Shown here: in pieces, positions 28,641 to 35,526 of the stretch
Layout of the letters: each line of letters starts with the position of its first letter
Position numbering within the stretch: the stretch's first letter is position 1
NCBI GenBank assembly: GCA_964344235.1
Contig: CAYFMJ010000001.1
Coordinates: 348,875 to 412,874 of the forward strand
DNA: 64,000 nt
Source: an uncultured Methanosarcinales archaeon
GTDB lineage: Archaea > Nanobdellota > Nanobdellia > Woesearchaeales > GW2011-AR9
Direction of reading: 5' to 3'
Program-made: the position numbers and the translations under genes
Notes under the pieces: generated by a model
Told to the model about the DNA's origin: nothing
Seen by the model: only the letters and a program-made list of their open reading frames with translations
Database searches by the model: none

Positions 28641-29402
28641 TTACTTGAAAGGTTTACTTTGTTTCCAGAACCATTCAAAATAATTTCTAAAAGAATCAGC
28701 AACTTGTTGACTTGTTATTTCAAAGGCAAAGGGCATTTCACCCTGAGGGATTGCAATGAGAACCACATCTTTGTAGATCATTACCCAAGAGGGAGATTCA
28801 ATATTGAGGGGCATTCTTCTGGCTTCGCAATATTTGTAACTATTTCTGTTCTTTAAGTTTTCATTAGTTACATCAGGATGATAAAGCATTCTGCATTTGA
28901 TTTTTTCTTTTGCCAAAATCTGATGGTGCTTTTTCCAATACGCATGATGAAAGCCCGGTTGTTGCGGAGGCAACCCGTACAAAACAACCTCATCTCCCTG
29001 TTTCAATTTTTGATAGCGGTTTTCGTAAGCAGTCATTAATCCTCTAAATCCCTCATACATATTAGCCTCACTTTTTTTGGCTAACTTTTGTTTAAGGATT
29101 AACTGGGGAATCATCTCTTGGATTTTCGCTTTATTTTGTTGAATCTCTTTTTCTCTAGTTTCAACATAATCCAAGAGTGTATTTGGCGGTGCTGCTTGGT
29201 AATACTTAGTTTTTTCTTTGGTCACATAGGAAACAAGCCCTTTCTTGATTAGTTTTTCAAGAATCCTATAGATGATTGATCTATTTACTCCAGATTTTTC
29301 AAGAATAGGGCCGATTGTTGACGAACCAAGCTCTAGCAAAGCCAAGTAAGTTCTTGTTTCACCATCAGTTAATCCTGCTTCTTGAAGGGCTGAAATGTCC
29401 AT
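28641..29402 (-). CDS. TrmB-family transcriptional regulator
   Basis: GLTDGETRTYLALL...SIIYRILEKLIKKGLV wHTH plus C-terminal effector domain. Confidence 0.85.
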   Translation of the reverse strand: MDISALQEAGLTDGETRTYLALLELGSSTIGPILEKSGVNRSIIYRILEKLIKKGLVSYVTKEKTKYYQAAPPNTLLDYVETREKEIQQNKAKIQEMIPQLILKQKLAKKSEANMYEGFRGLMTAYENRYQKLKQGDEVVLYGLPPQQPGFHHAYWKKHHQILAKEKIKCRMLYHPDVTNENLKNRNSYKYCEARRMPLNIESPSWVMIYKDVVLIAIPQGEMPFAFEITSQQVADSFRNYFEWFWKQSKPFK

Positions 29403-29521
29403 GCTTTGTTTATGATTGGTTGTTTTATTTAAATCTTTCTAATTAGCATACTAGTGGTGGTATGATAAAATTATTAAAGAAAGTAGTTGCTACTGTTAAA
29501 TAAATAACTTAGGAATTAAAA

Positions 29522-29971
29522 ATGACAGAAGAAAATAATGGGCTTGACGAGAGATTACTAACACAAGTACAGGCAATTAGCAGATTAGTAATTCCAGGTG
29601 TACAAACTGAATTTTGCAGGGGGGTTCCAAAGGAAGGCAGTACTAATGAATTTAGTCCAAGCACTAACATTCTTATTGAAAACTGTCTGGGTAGAACTGT
29701 TTTTGCATCATATATCCACACTCCGTATGGTAAGAATCAATTTAGGATGTGGTTAGACAATCGTCCAAAAATGTTGGTACCCGCTAGAGATCATTACGAT
29801 CGTGGAGGCAGTTCAAGAGAAGGCAGCCACTGGTTTTTTGAAGCTACTGGACTAACCGAACCAGTACAATCAATAAGAGATCTGTTGACGGATGGTTGGG
29901 AGAAAAAAGATGAATACAGCCATAGGGCAACTGCTATTCTTTACGCAAAAGGCGGGTTTTCGGATGAATAA
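29522..29971 (+). CDS. Hypothetical protein (cassette 1 cargo)
   Basis: 149-aa ORF with AGGA SD. Confidence 0.6.
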   Translation: MTEENNGLDERLLTQVQAISRLVIPGVQTEFCRGVPKEGSTNEFSPSTNILIENCLGRTVFASYIHTPYGKNQFRMWLDNRPKMLVPARDHYDRGGSSREGSHWFFEATGLTEPVQSIRDLLTDGWEKKDEYSHRATAILYAKGGFSDE

Positions 29972-29998
29972 TCAAGATGAAACTAGGAGCTAAATAAA

Positions 29999-30541
29999 AT
30001 GGCAAAAATTGAAAGCATTGAAAGAATACTTGTTGTTGAGGATACTGAACAACATATTCAGGCAGCTAGAGAACAACTTGGTGAGTATGAACTTACAATG
30101 GTGGGAGATTTCGAAAGATTCCTCGACGCAGTGAAAGGTACTTGTTTTGACGCGCCGAATAATAGAATGAAGCGTAATTATAACTTTCCTGAAGATCCAA
30201 AATTTGATGCTGTACTTAGCGATATGAATTTTCCTATGAATGTAAAAGACTTGTACAGTGGTTACAATTCCCCTGGTGTTTTAGGATATGCAGTAGGGAT
30301 GATCTGTTCACAAGCATCAATTCCATTAGTAGGAATTGTGTCTGCAACAAACCACCATGAAGGATCTGTTGCAGGAAGTCTAATGTACTTGAAAGCAACA
30401 AGACACGCTGATAGAATTTTTCAAGTAGGAGATACACGAATAATGTATTTTGATGATGACTCTTTTGGCACAAGGGATCAACCTAAGAGATGGGATAAAG
30501 CATTAGAATGTTTAAATGCAGGAACCAGAAATATTGATTAG
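29999..30541 (+). CDS. Receiver (REC)-like hypothetical protein (cassette 1 cargo)
   Basis: RILVVED and DAVLSDMNFP resemble receiver motifs. Confidence 0.55.
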   Translation: MAKIESIERILVVEDTEQHIQAAREQLGEYELTMVGDFERFLDAVKGTCFDAPNNRMKRNYNFPEDPKFDAVLSDMNFPMNVKDLYSGYNSPGVLGYAVGMICSQASIPLVGIVSATNHHEGSVAGSLMYLKATRHADRIFQVGDTRIMYFDDDSFGTRDQPKRWDKALECLNAGTRNID

Positions 30542-30697
30542 AAATTGTCCCCCCTCTTTTTTTTGTTTTTAGGAACTCCCCCGTTAAAGTTTTAGTGTTA
30601 ATCATAGTTTTAGTTCTTAGAAAGGCGCCAGTTAAGATTGTTTAATTTAGCGTTAGCGTAGTATCCAAAATAGGTAGTTCAAAAATTGGGCATATAC
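30542..30697. repeat. Cassette 1 right arm
   Basis: AAATTGTCCCCCCT, GGAACTCCCCC, AGTGTTAATC, GGCGCCAGT, GGTAGTTCAAAAA are exact reverse complements of the left-arm blocks, in mirrored order; then TT-GGGCATATAC. Confidence 0.9.
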
Positions 30698-30700
30698 GAT

Positions 30701-30819
30701 GTTATGTGCCCCCGACTTCACGTCGGGGTGCGTAACGACCGAAGGGAGTGGAGCAAGTATTTGAGTTGCGTCATAGAAAGGGGCTTGGCATAGTTTTGGT
30801 TTTTAGAGGGGCTTAAGTT
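30701..30819. repeat. Cassette 2 left arm
   Basis: GTTATGTGC, hairpin CCCCGAC-TTCAC-GTCGGGG, ACGACC-GAA-GGGAGT, blocks TATTTGAGTTGC, GGGGCTTGGC, AGAGGGGCTTAAGTT. Confidence 0.9.
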
Positions 30820-31155
30820 TTACTTTTTGAAAATGTTTACTAAAGAATCCTGAATCTCTTTGATTTTGTTTTCTTTCAAAGTGCCAATTTTTGAAGAAAT
30901 GATTGAAACATCGGCAGTGAAAAGCTTGTTTGGTCTTACAAGACTTGATACTGTCAATTTTCCAGTTTGAAAATTTTCTGTTTCAAGAGGAACTGCATAT
31001 TCATCGCTACGAGCAGAAGCAGTTGTTATCTGTGCAAGAATTAAATCGTCACCTGTGAGATTTGCCACCACTACTGCTGGTCGTTTCCGTGATGAACTTA
31101 GATCAGAGAAAGGAAAAAGAAGAACAACGACATCTCCTCTTACAAGTGTTTCCAT
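30820..31155 (-). CDS. mazF: PemK/MazF-family toxin
   Basis: RGDVVVLLFPFSDLSSSRKRPAVVV, LAQIT, RPNKLFT. Confidence 0.9.
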   Translation of the reverse strand: METLVRGDVVVLLFPFSDLSSSRKRPAVVVANLTGDDLILAQITTASARSDEYAVPLETENFQTGKLTVSSLVRPNKLFTADVSIISSKIGTLKENKIKEIQDSLVNIFKK

Positions 31156-31388
31156 GCTTCATCCTCCTCTTTAGTAAGCCAATCTTTTGCTAAAGATTTT
31201 TCACTGGCTAAAGCTGGAAACATTTTTTCATTGAATTGTTTTAACGGTCGTAGTTCTACTTTATTATCAAAGGCTAAAATTGCTACTTTTGTTCCCTCTT
31301 TGAATCCCTCAAGTTTTCTAATGTTTTTTGGGATAGCAATTTGACCTTTCTCTGTTACAGTTGCAGTTCTCATTTCGATTAATGGCAT
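31140..31388 (-). CDS. mazE: AbrB/MazE-family antitoxin
   Basis: TVTEKGQIAIPKNIR...EGTKV AbrB fold; overlaps toxin start; AGGTGA SD. Confidence 0.85.
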   Translation of the reverse strand: MPLIEMRTATVTEKGQIAIPKNIRKLEGFKEGTKVAILAFDNKVELRPLKQFNEKMFPALASEKSLAKDWLTKEEDEAWKHL

Positions 31389-31550
31389 TTTGATCACCTA
31401 CTTAGTAATTCTTACAAGTAGGATAAGTAAGAAATATATAAATTTTTCTGTATTTATGTTGTTACTAAATGATGAATAAATCAAGGAAAGATTTATAAAT
31501 GATTAGCCGTTTCTAAGACTATAATCATTAAAATCAAGAGGTCAATAAAA

Positions 31551-31853
31551 ATGTCAGAAAATAAATTAGTATTTGCTCGTGCATATTGGATGAATAGTCC
31601 ATTTGAAGAAGGACAAGCAGGATTCTTTGTAGGAGATCCAAGTAATCCATCTAAAGGATCATATGAAGGTAACAATAATTTAAGGTTTGCTGTTGCTAAA
31701 GTTGCTGAAAGAAGTTCTGAATTATCTACAACTGTTGATACAGAATTTGAAGGTCTAGCAAGAGATGGCAAAATGACTTTATTGTTGCAACCAATTGAGC
31801 AAGATACTGCTAAATACAAAAGTGTTGATGAATTAGCACGCATGTATCTTTAA
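31551..31853 (+). CDS. Hypothetical protein (cassette 2 cargo), AT-rich
   Basis: 100-aa ORF with GAGGT SD. Confidence 0.6.
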   Translation: MSENKLVFARAYWMNSPFEEGQAGFFVGDPSNPSKGSYEGNNNLRFAVAKVAERSSELSTTVDTEFEGLARDGKMTLLLQPIEQDTAKYKSVDELARMYL

Positions 31854-31870
31854 AATTATTTTTTCTTTTT

Positions 31871-32012
31871 AACTTAAGCCCCTCTTTTTCTTTTTACATT
31901 TTAGTTTTTAACATAGAGCCAAGCCCCATCAATAATAGAATTTCTGCATTCAGTTTATAGTCAGTAAACAGAAGCAGAGTAAACATCAAGCAACTCAAAT
32001 ATTGCACATAAC
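31871..32012. repeat. Cassette 2 right arm
   Basis: AACTTAAGCCCCTCT, GCCAAGCCCC, GCAACTCAAATA are exact reverse complements of the left arm; then TT-GCACATAAC. Confidence 0.9.
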
Positions 32013-32015
32013 GAT

Positions 32016-32097
32016 GTTATGTTGTGGGAGGTTCATCCTCCCAGCCGAGCGTTAGCGAGGAAGTTTAGAAATCAGGAACAAGCTTTACCCCCGCCAT
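32016..32097. repeat. Cassette 3 left arm
   Basis: GTTATGTTG, hairpin TGGGAGG-TTCAT-CCTCCCA, CCGAGC-GTTA-GCGAGG, blocks TTTAGAAATCAGGAA, TTACCCCCGCCAT. Confidence 0.85.
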
Positions 32098-32175
32098 TGT
32101 AGAATTTCACTGCCATACTCATCTTTTACTATTTTTTAGTAATATTTTTAAAGAAAGAGGTTTCTCATACTATTT

Positions 32176-32694
32176 ATGCAACAATTACTAACATACAGAG
32201 AATTTCCATTTGATCATTCATTATTTTTGGATAAAGGTATTAATGCAGGAGATTTGCATGTTACTCTTTATGATGAAATGGGTTGTACTCAAGATGGTGA
32301 CCAAAAGTTAAGTGAAGTAAATAGAAGAGTTCATAATGCTGCTGTAAGAAGTTTAGTTGGTAAATTTGCTGGTGATTTAGGACAAAGAGTTTCTTTTGGT
32401 GTTTCTAGATTTTTAAAAAAAAGTAAACGTGCTAGTCCTGATTATTCATTAAGTGAAGTTGCAGATGTTCTTGTTGGAGCAGGAGCGTATGAATCAAGAG
32501 AAGCAGCATTAGAACATTTACCTGAATTTTTAGGAACCTCTTTAAGGACTGATGGAAAACGAAAATATGCTAACTCAATGTGGACGGGAGTACAAACTAG
32601 TTTAGATATTGAAGTAAAAGATGAGTGGCATTGGTTTGGAAGAATAGATTCTGATAGTGGTGAACAGAAGGTATATTTACATAAGCAAAAATAA
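32176..32694 (+). CDS. Hypothetical protein (cassette 3 cargo), AT-rich
   Basis: 172-aa ORF. Confidence 0.6.
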   Translation: MQQLLTYREFPFDHSLFLDKGINAGDLHVTLYDEMGCTQDGDQKLSEVNRRVHNAAVRSLVGKFAGDLGQRVSFGVSRFLKKSKRASPDYSLSEVADVLVGAGAYESREAALEHLPEFLGTSLRTDGKRKYANSMWTGVQTSLDIEVKDEWHWFGRIDSDSGEQKVYLHKQK

Positions 32695-32698
32695 TTTT

Positions 32699-32755
32699 AT
32701 GGTGGGGGTTATTCAAGTTCTACGTCCTAATTCCTGATCTCTAAATTCAACATAC
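32699..32755. repeat. Cassette 3 right arm
   Basis: ATGGTGGGGGTTA and TTCCTGATCTCTAAA are near-exact reverse complements of the left arm; then TT-CAACATAC. Confidence 0.8.
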
Positions 32756-32935
32756 GGACTACTTAAGTGCACTTTGGGCTTAAGTAGTGAAATTCTTTGA
32801 ATTCAAAGCCTCTACTCAATCCCATAACGCAAAAAACTGTTACTACTTTGCATGGAAATGTCTCACTACCCACTCGACAACCACGGGTAGAGTATATAAA
32901 CGAGTTTCTTCACTAAGAATGTCGAGGTGATAGAA

Positions 32936-33061
32936 ATGAAAATGAAATTATTTCGGCGCGGTAAGTTGGTTGGTTTAGTGACTCCTAGTTTTTATATGGG
33001 GGAAGTGGAAAAAGAACGATTGATTTGGGATGATATTGATTTACCGTATCTTGAGGCGTGA
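32936..33061 (+). CDS. Small protein, 41 aa (MKMKLFRRGKLVGLVTPSFYMGEVEKERLIWDDIDLPYLEA)
   Basis: GAGGTGA SD and TATATAAA box upstream; below ORF-track size cutoff. Confidence 0.45.
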   Translation: MKMKLFRRGKLVGLVTPSFYMGEVEKERLIWDDIDLPYLEA

Positions 33062-33098
33062 GTAAGATTTATAACCTCTTATTCTTTTCTTTTTATTG

Positions 33099-33662
33099 AT
33101 GAAAAAGAAGGTGACGAAGAGAACAGTTCGTAGGAAAGTTGTGAAGCGTAAGCCTGCTGCAAAAAGAGCTACGAGAAGAAAGAAAGTTGTTAGGAAACCG
33201 GTTCGGAAAAAGACAGTGAAGCGATCTGTTAAAAGAAAGCCCGTAAAGAAGAGAGCTGTGAAACGAAAAGTTCTTCACAAAAAACCGCCACAGAAAAGAC
33301 GTGCGAGAGGATATATTCCGTTCGATGTTCTTGTCGATAAATTACAGCATTCTAAGAAGAAACAGAGTGTGCTTGATGTGACTGATTATTCTAAAGCCGT
33401 GAAGACTGTAAAGATGAAAGAATCGAAGGATTACATCCCAGTTTCACAGTTAGCAAAGCGGTTTGAGAAGAAACGAACACCAGAGTCGTATCGAAAGGAA
33501 ATTAAGAAAAAGATGCGGAAAGGTTTATTGCATCGGATTAAAGATAAAGTGAAAAGAAAGAAGCCAGTTAAACGGCGAGTTGTGAAAAAGAAGAAAACTG
33601 TTTCCAAAAGAAAATCTGTTAAGGGAAAAGTAACGAAGAAAAAACCACGTAAGAAAAGATAA
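33099..33662 (+). CDS. Lys/Arg-rich histone H1-like protein
   Basis: Repeated KKVVRK/KRKPVKK tracts at both termini around a small central domain. Confidence 0.6.
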   Translation: MKKKVTKRTVRRKVVKRKPAAKRATRRKKVVRKPVRKKTVKRSVKRKPVKKRAVKRKVLHKKPPQKRRARGYIPFDVLVDKLQHSKKKQSVLDVTDYSKAVKTVKMKESKDYIPVSQLAKRFEKKRTPESYRKEIKKKMRKGLLHRIKDKVKRKKPVKRRVVKKKKTVSKRKSVKGKVTKKKPRKKR

Positions 33663-33775
33663 TGCTCCCGCGAGGACTTTCATTCACGTTTGTGATTTTG
33701 AACCCCGGATTTCTAGGTCCGCAACCTAGCGTCCTATTTGCACTCTTTGAGAGATCCATGCTAGACGATGGGAGC
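33663..33775 (-). tRNA. tRNA-Arg(GCG) with two non-canonical introns: 19/20 (33738-33755, 18 nt) and 59/60 (33677-33696, 20 nt)
   Basis: CTAGG-TTGCGGA-CCTAG anticodon arm; D-loop BHB with GCAT/GTGC helix; T-loop relaxed BHB with TTCA/TGAA helix; splicing yields a 75-nt cloverleaf. Confidence 0.85.
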
Positions 33776-33808
33776 ACTAACGGTTCGAGAAGGAGTTATT
33801 TTAAAAAT

Positions 33809-34594
33809 TTATTGGCGCTTCGCAATATCGGCCCCACCAGCAGGTAAGAATTTAATGATATCATTTAAGTCTCCACCTTTCAATTTTGCTTTAATCTTTT
33901 TTGCTAATGCGGATTTTTTATTTCTTCCTGGAATGACAACGATGTAATTCTTTGTTTTTGTTTTAATTGCATTTAGCGGTCCTCCAATAATTTCTTCGTT
34001 TAATAGACCAATAGTGTATTGGGCTTTTGGGTGGAAGTATTGCGTTTTTCCATACACCATGAATGCGCCTTTAGGAAGATTTTCTCCGGCTTGCGCTTCT
34101 TTCGTCACCTGTTCTGGTTTTACATAGAAAACGTCCGCAGTGGTATGGCCGAGTTTCCATGCTCTTGAATATGCTGCAACAGCTTGCGCGGCTTCCTGAA
34201 TTGTTGTTTCAGTTGCTGCTTGTCCGTTTTTGATAATGAAGAAGGGGGAACCTGCCATGTCGGTGTGTAGGACTAGGTCGTCTTTCTCCATATGTTTTTT
34301 TACGATGATTTCGTTTGATGTTGCGTCTTTTCCTCCAATACAAAGAAAATCTTCAGAAGAGATAAACCAATGAAATTTTTCATACCACTCTTGTTTTCTC
34401 TGACGCTTCGCTTCCTTCTTCTCTTCCTCTTCCCAGAAAGTTGATTCTTGCTGTTTGAGAGTTTTAAGCTTATGTTGGCTGTCTCGCAGTGCTTTCTGTG
34501 CTCCTTCAAGTTTCTTTCTCGCTTTTTTTGCAAGGTTGAAGTATGTGCCAGCATTTTCATCTACTGATTTTGTGAGGTCGAATTCTATTTGCAT
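33809..34594 (-). CDS. Short NFACT-R (DUF814; RqcH/NEMF-related) protein
   Basis: SVDENAGTYF, WYEKFHWF, GGKDATSNE, HTDMAGSP, YSRAW, GAFMVYG. Confidence 0.8.
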   Translation of the reverse strand: MQIEFDLTKSVDENAGTYFNLAKKARKKLEGAQKALRDSQHKLKTLKQQESTFWEEEEKKEAKRQRKQEWYEKFHWFISSEDFLCIGGKDATSNEIIVKKHMEKDDLVLHTDMAGSPFFIIKNGQAATETTIQEAAQAVAAYSRAWKLGHTTADVFYVKPEQVTKEAQAGENLPKGAFMVYGKTQYFHPKAQYTIGLLNEEIIGGPLNAIKTKTKNYIVVIPGRNKKSALAKKIKAKLKGGDLNDIIKFLPAGGADIAKRQ

Positions 34595-34645
34595 GGGTGT
34601 AGGAAGAAGGGAATGCTTATAAAAATAGTGCTGAATGACTCGTAG

Positions 34646-34957
34646 ATGGAGAAACTGGCTTTCCCAAAACCGCAAATTCATGTATTTGTTTGTGTTAACG
34701 ATAGGTCTCATAAGTTGGGTGGTGCGACGCCAAGTTGTGGACCAACTGTCACTGCAGAAATGGTGCGAGAGGTTAAGCAATGGGTGTTATCCCAAGGTCT
34801 GGTGGGAAAAGTGTACGTGACGAAAGCAAGCTGTTTAGGGTTTTGTAATCCAGATGGAGGAGTGGCGGTGGTCTATCCTTCTGGTGATTTTTTTAAGGGT
34901 ATTAGAAGTGTTGATGATTTGAAGAAGATAATTATGAAGGGTCTTAACAATTTCTAA
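34646..34957 (+). CDS. Thioredoxin-like (2Fe-2S) ferredoxin
   Basis: HVFVC...SCG...SCLGFC...VVYP. Confidence 0.8.
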   Translation: MEKLAFPKPQIHVFVCVNDRSHKLGGATPSCGPTVTAEMVREVKQWVLSQGLVGKVYVTKASCLGFCNPDGGVAVVYPSGDFFKGIRSVDDLKKIIMKGLNNF

Positions 34958-35402
34958 TGTTTTCGAGAATGAGGGATTTTTCGGTACAAATTTGTTCTGC
35001 ATCAAAGAGAATAACTTTAGGTGTGATTTTGACTTGACGGATCGCTCCTGAGACGGCAGCGTTGTAGTTTACTTGACCGAGATATGTTCCTGCTTTAGTC
35101 ATTTTAGCATTATTTAATTCGAAAGTTTCTGCTTTATTTTGGCCAATGATGTTGACAATAAGACCCTCTACAGGGATGTTAACGCCATTTTCTACCGTGA
35201 ATTGAACTTTCTTTTGCGCGGTGTTGTAGCAGACTTGTTCTTGGTTTGAAATCTTTGCGAGTTTTAATCCAACGTCGATAGCACATTCCGCTTCTAATTC
35301 AACTTGTGCTCTCCCAAAATTCATAATTACCACTCCAAGCGCTACGGCGAATGAGATTAGGAGAAGTGTTGCAATAATGGGCGAGATCCCTCTTTTGTTC
35401 AT
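34944..35402 (-). CDS. Archaeal type IV pilin/archaellin-like protein
   Basis: Class III signal KRG|ISPIIATLLLI. Confidence 0.8.
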   Translation of the reverse strand: MNKRGISPIIATLLLISFAVALGVVIMNFGRAQVELEAECAIDVGLKLAKISNQEQVCYNTAQKKVQFTVENGVNIPVEGLIVNIIGQNKAETFELNNAKMTKAGTYLGQVNYNAAVSGAIRQVKITPKVILFDAEQICTEKSLILENIRNC

Positions 35403-35526
35403 CTGGTTTTATGATAGTTTTAGGTATATAAATATTCGGGGGGTTTTGTTACACTTTGATAGTGGTTACTTGCGGAAAGTTTTATAAATGGGTCTGAGAA
35501 TTTAGGGGTGGAGAAAAAGGTGACCC

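Larger units (their letters stand above)
28470..32755. mobile_element. Tandem array of three inverted-repeat-bounded gene cassettes
   Basis: Cassettes 28470-30697, 30701-32012 and 32016-32755, each with cassette-specific block-wise inverted arms, joined by GAT at 30698-30700 and 32013-32015. Confidence 0.75.

Noticed and set aside
28520-31927. Arms explained as ordinary terminators or shared 3'-UTR motifs
   Set aside because: Blocks are specific to each cassette, the cassette 3 left arm lies upstream of its gene, and terminal 9-mers pair within cassettes.
28470-32755. CRISPR array
   Set aside because: No identical direct repeats with regular unique spacers and no cas genes; the repeats are inverted, cassette-specific and kilobases apart.
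28470-32755. Canonical integron/CALIN with attC sites
   Set aside because: Only GAT separates the AAC and GTT triplets, too short for an attC with L boxes. The complementary arms enclose the genes rather than following them. Neither recombinase in the window shows the IntI-specific insertion or N-terminal domain. A distant relationship is not excluded.
33662-33847. 61-aa plus-strand ORF
   Set aside because: It overlies the intron-containing tRNA-Arg gene on the opposite strand.
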